DNA from: a virus
Taxonomy: Duplodnaviria; Caudoviricetes
DNA: 56,225 bases
Direction: 5' to 3' (one strand)
Virus record (IMG/VR): IMGVR_UViG_3300006923_000027
Location: 1 to 56,225 of that record
In this document: piece by piece, positions 46,103 to 55,194 of the stretch
Numbering within the stretch: position 1 is the stretch's first letter
How the letters are laid out: each line of letters starts with the position of its first letter
Translations under genes and position numbers: made by a program
The notes under the pieces: generated by a model
The model's input: only the letters and a program-made list of their open reading frames with translations
What the model was told of the DNA's origin: nothing
The model's database searches: none

Positions 46103-46675
46103 ATGGTGCTTTTTTTATTATCTTGTTTGAGTTTTGTTTATGTTAAGAAGATTGAGAAAAGCACATTCCATTTGCAAACCCCGACTTCTTATGGTAGTGG
46201 CAACTTTATAGACTTAGAGGGCAGAACTTATGCCGTAACTGCGTATCATAATATGAAAGAACAGTATATGATAAATAGTGCTAGAGATAGTGGCGTAGAT
46301 ATAAAAAGACTTAGTTATGCAAATCCAGTTAGAGATATTATAATTTTTGAAGTCAAAAATGTTAAGACTGGTGTTTCTTACAAACCACATAAAAATTTAA
46401 AAGAAGGTTTGGAGGTTCAATATTGGTGTAGTCCTGGAAATAAACTTAATAGATATTTCAAAGGTTATATTTCAAAGGTTCGACAAGGCGACGTATTAGT
46501 TCAAGGTTATGCTTGGATGGGTTGTTCTGGTGGACTGGTATTCGATATGGATGGCGGTTTAATAGGATTAGTTACAGGAATCTCTATTAAAAGAGATAAA
46601 CAAGGTGGCATTGTGTTGGCAGAGAATGAAGTTTACATTAGTTTAATAGAGAAAAAAGATTTTTATGGAGGTTAA
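46103..46675 (+). CDS. trypsin-like serine protease with signal peptide
   Basis: TAYH, RDI, GCSGG catalytic-triad motifs; GGAGG RBS before ATG 46103. Confidence 0.8.
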   Translation: MVLFLLSCLSFVYVKKIEKSTFHLQTPTSYGSGNFIDLEGRTYAVTAYHNMKEQYMINSARDSGVDIKRLSYANPVRDIIIFEVKNVKTGVSYKPHKNLKEGLEVQYWCSPGNKLNRYFKGYISKVRQGDVLVQGYAWMGCSGGLVFDMDGGLIGLVTGISIKRDKQGGIVLAENEVYISLIEKKDFYGG

Positions 46676-48232
46676 ATGCTCTTATTTTTATTTTCATGCT
46701 TGTCAGATCAAGCTTTAGTTATAGAGAAGGAAGTTCCTTCCGAAATAACTGCACCTGAAATATTCGTCACCCCAAACCCAATTAACTTTAATCATTTAGA
46801 TGCATTAGATGAAATGACAACATCTGTCTATATTTCTAACTTTGGTGATCAAGAGCTAGATTTATCAGGAATAGAATTTGTAGGTGATTTAGAGTTCACA
46901 TTACAAGATAACGAAACAACTACTTTGCAGAAAGGTGAGCAAAAAGAGTTTTCCATAACATTTGAACCAATAGCTTATGATTATTATTCTGGAGATATCA
47001 AGATAAGCTCAAATGATTTTGATGAAGAAATATTTTATGTTCCAGTTTTAGGTCATGGAGATGCACCTAAAATTAAAGTAACACCTGAAAGTTATTCTTT
47101 TGAAGATGTTGCAATACCATGCTTTGAAACAAAAGATATATTTATTAAAAACATAGGGAATAAAGATTTGACAATTGACAATGTATCTGTCGCCTCTTCG
47201 ATACCTCAAGATTTTGATACGGAATATAATTGGAACTTAAATGGAAGCTATCCTTGGTTACTTGAGCCTGATGAAGAAATATTTATTTCTTTAGAATATA
47301 ATCCTAAAGATTTAATAAACGATACTTCTTATATAGATATCACTTCAAATGATCCAACAAATAATATTTATACTACAAGTTATAATGGCAATGGTTCTAT
47401 TGAAAGATATATGTCGGAAGCATTTATAGTTGCTGACACAAGAGTTGCGGATTTATTATTTGTAATAGATAATTCAGGATCAATGCATCCATTTCAAAAT
47501 GCTTTGGCTGGACACTTCTCTGATTTTTTAAATATATTCTTAAGCCTAAGTGTTGACTTTCAAATAGCTGTAATCACAACTGATGATCACAATTTTGTTG
47601 GAAATATAATAGACAGTAATACAGCTGACCCAATTGCAGATTTTATTGGCATTCTAAATACAATATACATTTATGGCAGTGGTAATGAAAAGGGATTAGA
47701 ACAAGCTTACAAAGCAACAAGCATTGGTCAAGCTACAGCTTCTTCTGGTTTTATAAGAAGTAATGCTTTTCTTGGAGTTATATTTTTATCAGATGAAAGA
47801 GATCATTCCTATCAAAATAATGCTTATTATTATAATCATTTTATAAGCCTTAAGTCAGATCCATCCAAAATAAAAGTTCATTCAATTGTTGGAGACTATC
47901 CTAATGGTTGTATTTATAGTGGCAGAAACATAGAGTTTGGCAATGGTTATTATGATTTAACTAATATGACTGGTGGGAACTTTTATTCTATTTGTGCTCA
48001 AGACTGGGGACTTCAAATGCAAAACTTAGCGTTTAATTCTTCAGGAGTAAGCCTCTTTAGTTTGTCAGAAGATCCAGTTGTTGAGTCTATAGAAGTATAT
48101 GTTGAAGGACAGCTTAATGAGAAGTGGTCTTATGATGAAATAAACAATTCAATATTATTTGATCAAGGTTATATACCTGATGTAAACGAAGAAGTCAGAG
48201 TGGACTATGGAGTCTTGTCAAGTTGTCAGTAA
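46676..48232 (+). CDS. lipoprotein-like protein with two Ig-like (choice-of-anchor D type) domains and a vWA domain
   Basis: Short hydrophobic leader plus Cys; two NxGxxDL...SND repeats; DLLFVIDNSGSM MIDAS motif, LSDE. Confidence 0.8.
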   Translation: MLLFLFSCLSDQALVIEKEVPSEITAPEIFVTPNPINFNHLDALDEMTTSVYISNFGDQELDLSGIEFVGDLEFTLQDNETTTLQKGEQKEFSITFEPIAYDYYSGDIKISSNDFDEEIFYVPVLGHGDAPKIKVTPESYSFEDVAIPCFETKDIFIKNIGNKDLTIDNVSVASSIPQDFDTEYNWNLNGSYPWLLEPDEEIFISLEYNPKDLINDTSYIDITSNDPTNNIYTTSYNGNGSIERYMSEAFIVADTRVADLLFVIDNSGSMHPFQNALAGHFSDFLNIFLSLSVDFQIAVITTDDHNFVGNIIDSNTADPIADFIGILNTIYIYGSGNEKGLEQAYKATSIGQATASSGFIRSNAFLGVIFLSDERDHSYQNNAYYYNHFISLKSDPSKIKVHSIVGDYPNGCIYSGRNIEFGNGYYDLTNMTGGNFYSICAQDWGLQMQNLAFNSSGVSLFSLSEDPVVESIEVYVEGQLNEKWSYDEINNSILFDQGYIPDVNEEVRVDYGVLSSCQ

Positions 48233-48277
48233 AAGTTTATATAAAAAGTAAAAACAATTATCAAAAACAGGTATATC

Positions 48278-48601
48278 ATGAAGATGCTTTGCACACCCAA
48301 AGTAAAATATAAAGAGTGGGAAAAGGTTGACGACTACACTTGGATTAGAAAATGTTTGTCTAATGACTACTCTGTATTTCTAGTTAAGATAAAAGAACAC
48401 AAAGGAAAGTACGAATGTGAAGTACCAACAGTTCTTCCTATAAAATCTTTAAATTCTTCAAAGAAATTTTATATATCTAAGATAACAGATTATGACTCTT
48501 TAGTTAAATCTATAATATGGGTTGATACTTATTTAATAAATGAGTTCAAATGTGAGGTAGAAAAACCATTTAAATTTAATTGGTCTGAAATGGAGGATTA
48601 A
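48278..48601 (+). CDS. divergent family member
   Basis: W near the N-terminus; SIIWVDTYLINEF. Confidence 0.65.
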   Translation: MKMLCTPKVKYKEWEKVDDYTWIRKCLSNDYSVFLVKIKEHKGKYECEVPTVLPIKSLNSSKKFYISKITDYDSLVKSIIWVDTYLINEFKCEVEKPFKFNWSEMED

Positions 48602-48604
48602 AAA

Positions 48605-48898
48605 ATGAATCGTGATATTATATTAAATAAAACTTTAGAATGTGGGATAGGTGTTAACTTATCAGGATACAATCTCGATGTGCTAAGTGAAGAATTAGAT
48701 GATTATATAACTAACTTATTTTCATGTTCTGTAAAAATCAAAAAATGGGAGCTTGTTTGTAGCATAAACAATGAAAGAATAACTTCAGTTGTAATTGACA
48801 AACAAGGTATTTTCTTTAAAGATGTAGAGAGCAAAAAAGAAGCCACCAAGATGGTAGCTCCCATTGTTAAGTTCTTTGTAGATAAAACTTTTAATTAA
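48605..48898 (+). CDS. hypothetical protein
   Basis: GGAGG RBS. Confidence 0.7.
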   Translation: MNRDIILNKTLECGIGVNLSGYNLDVLSEELDDYITNLFSCSVKIKKWELVCSINNERITSVVIDKQGIFFKDVESKKEATKMVAPIVKFFVDKTFN

Positions 48899-49404
48899 GA
48901 ATTTGGATAAGGGTTTGCTTGAGTTGCCTTTCTATACTTAGGATGGTTATTAAGAAATCCAGACTTCTTATAAAAAGTAAATATAGCAAATCCTGACATC
49001 TCTTTATTTTGTGTGCTCCAAACTATATTGCCTGTAAAGTCAGCTGTAGTTGAAGTTAAAACATTCTTGCCTAGACCTTTATTTATTCCAAAGTCTCCTG
49101 TTTGAGCAGGTAAAGTCATAAATACTCTGGCGTCTGCTGACCCGTCATTTGTTTCATAAGCCAAATTGACTTCTCCGTTAGTTGTGTTGCTTGCATCAGA
49201 AAAAGAATATTTAACATGAGTTAAAACAAGTTCAACTTGTGTCGCAGCATTAGTAACATTAGTATCGTAAGTAGAAATATCAGTTGTATGATGAATAAGT
49301 ATCTCATCATAATTAGGAACTTGAACATCTTCTAGTGATAAATAGACTGCAACAATTTGGTCATTATCAACTAAAACTTTTCTTATGTATTCTCCAGTAG
49401 CCAT
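48895..49404 (-). CDS. putative virion structural protein
   Basis: AAGGAGG RBS; T/N/G-rich beta-type composition. Confidence 0.65.
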   Translation of the reverse strand: MATGEYIRKVLVDNDQIVAVYLSLEDVQVPNYDEILIHHTTDISTYDTNVTNAATQVELVLTHVKYSFSDASNTTNGEVNLAYETNDGSADARVFMTLPAQTGDFGINKGLGKNVLTSTTADFTGNIVWSTQNKEMSGFAIFTFYKKSGFLNNHPKYRKATQANPYPNS

Positions 49405-49451
49405 TTGGCCTCCTTAGTTTATATATATTATTATTACGGTATAATATTAAT

Positions 49452-49643
49452 ATGAATATTAATAATTTAGTAAAAATAAAAGGTAAAGTTATAACTTGTA
49501 CAACAAGTTTTGGGTTTATTAAAAAAGGTGATCAGTTTTATTGTACTCATATTAAAGAGGAATATTTCTATTTATTTAATCCTAACTTTAATTTCGACTT
49601 TAAATTACATATAAAGTTATTAATTAATTTTGATATTTATTAA
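49452..49643 (+). CDS. hypothetical protein
   Basis: ORF track only. Confidence 0.5.
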   Translation: MNINNLVKIKGKVITCTTSFGFIKKGDQFYCTHIKEEYFYLFNPNFNFDFKLHIKLLINFDIY

Positions 49644-49675
49644 TAATAATCATTAAAGTAATTGAGGGTGTTATT

Positions 49676-50167
49676 ATGGAAGTCAATTTAGATTGCGAAC
49701 TAATGGCTAAATACTTAGGTTGTATTATAGCTTTAAAAAACTTTTATCAAAGCTGTCATTGGCGCTCAAAAGGAAAAGGTTACTATGGTGATCATTTGTT
49801 ATTTGAAAGATTATATGAAGATATGATTGCAGAAGCAGATGCCTTTGCTGAAAAATCTGTTGCTATGTCAGGCGAGAAGTCAGTCTGTCCAATTAAAAGC
49901 CACAAATATGTTTTGAAAATTTTAAGTTTATTTGAAACAACAAAGGGTGAAGTTCCATCAAACTATGAGTTAATAGACATGGCTTTTAATGCGAATTCTT
50001 TTTTCATGCAAGCCACAGAAAAATTATTTGATATATTAGATAAAGAAGAAGAATTGACTTTGGGGTTAGATGATTTTTTTACATCAATATATTCCAAACA
50101 TGAAGAGCATTATTATTTATTAAAACAAAGATCGGCAGATAGAAAAAAGGAAGGTCAAGATGATTAA
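49676..50167 (+). CDS. Dps/ferritin-like protein
   Basis: HWRSKGKGYYGDHLLFERLY...DAFAEK Dps signature. Confidence 0.85.
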   Translation: MEVNLDCELMAKYLGCIIALKNFYQSCHWRSKGKGYYGDHLLFERLYEDMIAEADAFAEKSVAMSGEKSVCPIKSHKYVLKILSLFETTKGEVPSNYELIDMAFNANSFFMQATEKLFDILDKEEELTLGLDDFFTSIYSKHEEHYYLLKQRSADRKKEGQDD

Positions 50168-52154
50168 AGAATCAAATGAAGAAATTGTTGAAGAAGTTAT
50201 CAGTTATGAAGAAGACACTGAAGCTTCTGAGTCAGAGGTAGAGCCTTTAAGGCAAACGGTTACTGTAGAACAAATCAAGAACAATGAAATGTTTAAGCAG
50301 ATATCAGGCCTTCTTCCTATTTCAGAAGATGTGATTGCAAATAAAGTTCTTGAGTTTATAAATTCTGGCAATTTAGAAGATAAGATTAAAGAAGTGGTAT
50401 CTTTATTAGAGGCTAAATCAATTAACTTTATTAAAAGTTTTTCTAAATCAAGCAGTGAAATAACATATTCTGAAGAGTTAATAAAAGAGGCTGGTATTTT
50501 AAGTTGGATTGGAAAGAACAATCCTTACACGGCTTATATGACAAGGTTGGTTGCTTTAGGAAGATTTTTAATGGATAGTAGTGTTCCAATTATATCTAGA
50601 GGTTTGGTTATGCTTTTGATTGCTTATGCAATTAACCCTGTTTCTATTGCTTATGCTGTTGGAACTCTTGGATTTACTTCTTTATCTGATGTTGCTTTTT
50701 ATGGACTGATAAGATTAATATTTAAATTAACATCTGAAACATCTTATAAGGCTTTAAATAGGCACGTTGATGATATTAAGGCAGAAATCGAATCAGGTTC
50801 GCTACTATCTAACCAAACTCCTAATCAAAATGTTACATATGAAGAAGAAAACTCAGAAGAAGAAGATATAGATCAAGATATAGATCAAGATAACGGTGAA
50901 CAAGGTAGCCAAGATATAAATACAGAACAAGGTGATCAAGATACAGAACAAGGCAATCAAGATACAGATCAAGGCAATCAAGATACAGATCAAGGCAATC
51001 AAGAAGTAAATACAGATGGAAATAGCCAAGAAACAAGTACAGAAGGAGACAACAGAATAGTTGTTGATGGGTATAATAATTTAAATGATTTAGAAAAGTG
51101 TTACGAAGCACAAGAAGGTGTTGACTTAAAGAAATATTATGGTTTCTTAACAGACCTTAACAGTACTGAATTCAACAGAAGAGATGATAACAAAGAAGAA
51201 ACAGTTAAAAGATTATTAAACGAATGGAGAGTCCCACTTTTAGATGTTGGTGATGTCATATATAATGAGGAAGGAAAACTAGATAATGAGCAGTTCTTAT
51301 CTGCAAGGAACACAATGAATCTTTTAGTTTTAAATTCAAATCCTGATTCTTTTGGTCTAGGCAGTAAAGATACTTGTCAACAAATGTTTGCAGAAATCAA
51401 AGAAAAGCTAGAATTGTTTATTCGGTCATTAGGATCAATAAAAGCAGGAGATACTACTTTAACTTATGACGAAGGTTTTGGAGAAGACGAATATGATAGA
51501 GACACAAACACAGAAGAATTTGATGCAGAACCTGTACAAGAAGAAAGAGAAAACATTCTTTCGATAAAGTTCAAACCACTTATATCTGAAATAGCTGTAC
51601 TGCTTAAGGCTTATCATGATTTAGGTGGTGAAGTTTTAAAAAGAATGATGAAAGCAGCTTTTAAAACAGAACAAGATGACGACTTAAAAGATAAGCTAGT
51701 AGACGGAAAAAGAAGAAAGGCCGTACCAACAGTACATGTTAACCCAAAGACAGAAGAAGGTGAACTCAAGAATCTATATTGTTATATTAAAGATAAGAAA
51801 GATCAATTTAAAGCAGATGATTACAAAGAATATATAGCAAATAACCGTAACTGGGAAGATAAAATAAGCACAGCCGTCAACGAAATATTTGATGAGTTAG
51901 ATGGAATTAATACAATAGATGGTTTGAAAGACTGTGGAGAGGAACATTCTGAAGAACAGTCAAGTTCAGAACAAACAACAGATTCAGTACAGTCAAATCC
52001 AATTAGTCCTTTTAACAACTTAAGAAGTTCCAAAAAAGATTTATTAAATAAATTACTTAAAGTATCAGATGAATTATTTGAGACTGGATATATAAAAGAA
52101 GCTACAAAGCTAGATGAAATTGTAGGAGAAGAATATGAGAAGTTTAGTAAATGA
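50160..52154 (+). CDS. large acidic putative virion protein with degenerate DUF1232-like segment, Q/D/N repeats and C-terminal shared motif
   Basis: DSSVPIISR...AYAINP; DQGNQDT repeats; LLKVSDELFETGYIKEATKLD. Confidence 0.7.
   Translation: MIKESNEEIVEEVISYEEDTEASESEVEPLRQTVTVEQIKNNEMFKQISGLLPISEDVIANKVLEFINSGNLEDKIKEVVSLLEAKSINFIKSFSKSSSEITYSEELIKEAGILSWIGKNNPYTAYMTRLVALGRFLMDSSVPIISRGLVMLLIAYAINPVSIAYAVGTLGFTSLSDVAFYGLIRLIFKLTSETSYKALNRHVDDIKAEIESGSLLSNQTPNQNVTYEEENSEEEDIDQDIDQDNGEQGSQDINTEQGDQDTEQGNQDTDQGNQDTDQGNQEVNTDGNSQETSTEGDNRIVVDGYNNLNDLEKCYEAQEGVDLKKYYGFLTDLNSTEFNRRDDNKEETVKRLLNEWRVPLLDVGDVIYNEEGKLDNEQFLSARNTMNLLVLNSNPDSFGLGSKDTCQQMFAEIKEKLELFIRSLGSIKAGDTTLTYDEGFGEDEYDRDTNTEEFDAEPVQEERENILSIKFKPLISEIAVLLKAYHDLGGEVLKRMMKAAFKTEQDDDLKDKLVDGKRRKAVPTVHVNPKTEEGELKNLYCYIKDKKDQFKADDYKEYIANNRNWEDKISTAVNEIFDELDGINTIDGLKDCGEEHSEEQSSSEQTTDSVQSNPISPFNNLRSSKKDLLNKLLKVSDELFETGYIKEATKLDEIVGEEYEKFSK
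50937..51004 (+). repeat. 21-bp coding tandem repeat (QDT[E/D]QGN)
   Basis: caagatacaga(a/t)caaggcaat x3. Confidence 0.9.
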
Positions 52155-52473
52155 GTTAGATCATATTGCAATTCAAGTTATTTCAATCAAAGAGGCTGTA
52201 GATTGGTACAAAAAAAAGGTCTTAGCAGAAGTTATATATGAAGATAAGGCTTGGGCTTTAATTGACGTTTTTAATACAAAGATAGCCCTTGTAAGACCAG
52301 AGGATCACCCTACACATATTGCTTTTAAATCCAAGCATTTAAAGCTTATAAGAGATAACTTAGGTGATTGTGATTGGGGGAAACATAGAGGTGGATCGGA
52401 ATATGTTTATTTAAAAGATCCTTTTGGAAATGCAATAGAATGGATTAAGCATCCAACAAAAAACGATAAATAA
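52135..52473 (+). CDS. VOC/glyoxalase-family protein
   Basis: LDHIAIQV...HIAF...YLKDPFGNAIEW. Confidence 0.88.
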   Translation: MRSLVNELDHIAIQVISIKEAVDWYKKKVLAEVIYEDKAWALIDVFNTKIALVRPEDHPTHIAFKSKHLKLIRDNLGDCDWGKHRGGSEYVYLKDPFGNAIEWIKHPTKNDK

Positions 52474-52500
52474 AAAATCTTATTTTTCTTTCCTAAATAC

Positions 52501-52528
52501 TTGACATACTATACCAACGTGTTATAAT
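52501..52528 (+). promoter_or_regulatory. sigma70 promoter
   Basis: TTGACA-16bp-TATAAT, extended TG. Confidence 0.8.
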
Positions 52529-52591
52529 ATATTATGGGATAGCAATATCCTTGTCAATATATATATAACACTGTCACCAAAGAGGTATAAT

Positions 52592-53344
52592 ATGAAAGAC
52601 AGACTAATACATTGGGTTTCTCAAAGTCAAGATAAAAAGATAGGAAAGGTTATGGCTAGTTATAGTCCTAAGTCAACTTGTCCTGATACTTGTTCACTTA
52701 AAGAAGGAGGTTGTTATGCTTGGGGGCTATTCTATCTCAGAAAGCTTTCAAGAGATATAGAAGGAGGAACTAGAAGAAAAACTTTATTAGAAGCAATGAA
52801 AAAGATGCACAAAGATGCAAAAATAGTCAGACACAGAGTAGCTGGAGATTGCGTTGGAGATCAAGAAGAAACAGTTAAAGAATGTAAGGTTATAGAAAGT
52901 GTAGGTTTAATAAACATTGGCTATACTCATGACTGGAGAGAAGAAAGGTCTCAAGTATTAAAACCTTATTTTAGAGCCTCATGTCAAAATGAAGATGAAG
53001 TATTAAAAGCAAGAGAGAATGGTTGGGCTACAACTATAATTGTTCCAGAGAATACACCAAACAAAGTTATGTTATCTAATGGAGAAAAAGCAATTATGTG
53101 TCCAGTTGTTAGAGAGGAAAACAAAGTTAAAAAAGAAATAGAAGCTATGTCTTTTGAGACTGCTAAAGATAAAAGAGAAAAGAAGAAAGAGTTGAAAAGT
53201 AAAATATTTGAAAAGTTTAACTGTAACAAATGTACTCTTTGTAAAGTTACAGACAAGACAGAGGCAATAACTGTTATGTTTGAAGTTCATGGATCAGCTC
53301 AAACATTAAATAACGCTAGAGGTAAAGTTGAAAGTATTTCTTAA
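52592..53344 (+). CDS. Cys-rich phage protein (gp88-like, possible Fe-S)
   Basis: TCPDTC...GCYA, RHRVAGD, YTH, CP...CNKCTLC...HG. Confidence 0.6.
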   Translation: MKDRLIHWVSQSQDKKIGKVMASYSPKSTCPDTCSLKEGGCYAWGLFYLRKLSRDIEGGTRRKTLLEAMKKMHKDAKIVRHRVAGDCVGDQEETVKECKVIESVGLINIGYTHDWREERSQVLKPYFRASCQNEDEVLKARENGWATTIIVPENTPNKVMLSNGEKAIMCPVVREENKVKKEIEAMSFETAKDKREKKKELKSKIFEKFNCNKCTLCKVTDKTEAITVMFEVHGSAQTLNNARGKVESIS

Positions 53345-53624
53345 TAGTATTTTAGTAAAGATTTTATTCTTAGTTATATCTATTTTCAAACTTGAAGCTG
53401 GCTATAAAAAGTTTTTTATAAAGATTGCAATAGAAAACTTTTTTAACTATTTAGATGAAAATGAAGATTTCGATTTATCTAAAGTAAACATAGACGCTTT
53501 TGTTATATGTTATTGTTATATGATAACAGTTGAAATGCCTAATGGTGAATTAAGAAATAATGTCACAACTGAATTGATAAAGGAACTTTCAAGAAAAGCA
53601 AAATGGCATATAAAAAATCAGTAA
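53328..53624 (+). CDS. hypothetical protein
   Basis: ORF track. Confidence 0.6.
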   Translation: MKVFLNSILVKILFLVISIFKLEAGYKKFFIKIAIENFFNYLDENEDFDLSKVNIDAFVICYCYMITVEMPNGELRNNVTTELIKELSRKAKWHIKNQ

Positions 53625-53707
53625 TTTTATATGCCAAATCTTTATTCGTGATTATATTATATATGGTAGATTACGATTGATAAACAATTTTTACAAGGAG
53701 GTTTATA

Positions 53708-54544
53708 TTGAAAAGATTAAATGCTAAGGAACAAAAAGAACTAATAAAAGAGTGGCGAGATAATAACAACTCTTCCAGTTTAAATAAACTAATAGAATCA
53801 AATAGGAACTTAGTTTATAAGATTGCTCAGAAACAATATGCGAATAATAGAAATTTAGAATTTGAAGATTTAGTGCAAGAAGGTTTTTTAGGTCTGTCTA
53901 TTGCTGTAGACAAATTTGATTTAAGTAAAGATAATAAGTTTACAACTTATGCTACAGGCTGGGTTCTTCAGAGAATTAGATCGTATATTATTTCAAACAG
54001 ATCTGTTGTTAGGTTGGGAACGACTCAAGATAACAGAAAGGTTTTTTACTATTATAATAAAGTAAAAAATCAAATTGAAAAAGAATACCCTGAATTAAAA
54101 GGAGAGGCAAAGACTACTCTTATATGTGAAACAATGGGTGTTAAAAGAAAGAACTTAGATAAGATGTTAAATGTTATAAGTGGTTATGATGTTTCTTTTG
54201 AAAAAGAAATTAAGTATGGAAACCAAGAAGCTAATGGTGCATCTACAATGCATGATTTGTTAGCAGATAAAGACTCTGACTTTTATGGCAGAGTGGAAGA
54301 AAAAGATTGTATTGATAAGTTTGTATTTGCTTTGACTAATGTAATGTCTACAGACTTAGATAATGAAGAAAGAGAGGTTATCAACAAAAGATACCTAAGA
54401 GATGAAAGAATGACTTATGATCAAATAGCCAAGTCAATGGATGTTTCAAGACAATACATTATGACTAGAGAACAAACAGCTTTAAAAATCATTAGAGCTA
54501 AAATAAAATTGAGATTTAAATTAGATAAATCATGTTTCTTTTAA
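53708..54544 (+). CDS. RNA polymerase sigma70-family factor, RpoH/sigma32-like
   Basis: Region 2 EDLVQEGFLGL..AVDKFD...FTTYA; RpoH-box-like VVRLGTTQDNRKVFY; region 4 HTH. Confidence 0.9.
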   Translation: MKRLNAKEQKELIKEWRDNNNSSSLNKLIESNRNLVYKIAQKQYANNRNLEFEDLVQEGFLGLSIAVDKFDLSKDNKFTTYATGWVLQRIRSYIISNRSVVRLGTTQDNRKVFYYYNKVKNQIEKEYPELKGEAKTTLICETMGVKRKNLDKMLNVISGYDVSFEKEIKYGNQEANGASTMHDLLADKDSDFYGRVEEKDCIDKFVFALTNVMSTDLDNEEREVINKRYLRDERMTYDQIAKSMDVSRQYIMTREQTALKIIRAKIKLRFKLDKSCFF

Positions 54545-54554
54545 GGAGATAAAA

Positions 54555-54860
54555 ATGTTTGCAGCAAAAAATAAAGATAGTCCTCAAGACTTATTAAAAG
54601 ATGTATTAGAAAGAGGTGGAAGGTTACTTCTAACCATACCTTTTGGTTCATCTGAAAAAGACTGTGTAGGGTTTGTAGCAGTAATGGGTTCAAGAAACAC
54701 TTTGCCTGTTTTAATGACTTGTGTTCAGAACGTAACACTTGAAAAATGTACTGTTTCAACAATAGTCTTTCCTAGTTCAGAGGATTACAATAAGTTTTGT
54801 GAGAGATTATATGTAGATAGTATTAACGAATTTCAAATTAAAGAGGTGGGATTTGAATGA
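54555..54860 (+). CDS. hypothetical protein
   Basis: AAGGAG RBS. Confidence 0.75.
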   Translation: MFAAKNKDSPQDLLKDVLERGGRLLLTIPFGSSEKDCVGFVAVMGSRNTLPVLMTCVQNVTLEKCTVSTIVFPSSEDYNKFCERLYVDSINEFQIKEVGFE

Positions 54861-55194
54861 TTTAACTGAAAAAATAAATAATATTTTATTGAAAGATAAA
54901 CTTTCATCAGATGACTTTGAAGAAATAAGTACTCTGTTTGTAAAAGAAGATGGAGAGATAAAAAAAGAAGAAGTCTTTATTGCTCAACAACATATTTCAG
55001 AATTGTTATTTAGATTTAAGTTTATATCAAAAGTCTTAAAAGAAATATATGAGGCATCTCAATCTCAAAGCCAGACTGTGATAGAACAATCTGATGAATA
55101 TAAAGATGTTAAAATATATAAAGCAAATGTTTTAGGAATTCCTATCGAAAAAATATATGAGGTGTTATTTGATAAAAAAACTATTGAAGATTGA
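54853..55194 (+). CDS. hypothetical protein
   Basis: GAGGTG RBS. Confidence 0.7.
   Translation: MNDLTEKINNILLKDKLSSDDFEEISTLFVKEDGEIKKEEVFIAQQHISELLFRFKFISKVLKEIYEASQSQSQTVIEQSDEYKDVKIYKANVLGIPIEKIYEVLFDKKTIED

Noticed and set aside
869-54762. Most minus-strand ORFs in the track (e.g. 869-1069, 2945-3139, 4148-4405, 30692-31117, 50204-50521) and the off-frame plus-strand ORF 2869-3093
   Set aside because: Antisense or off-frame shadows of well-supported + strand genes with no RBS. Only 33573-33977 and 48895-49404 are accepted on the minus strand.
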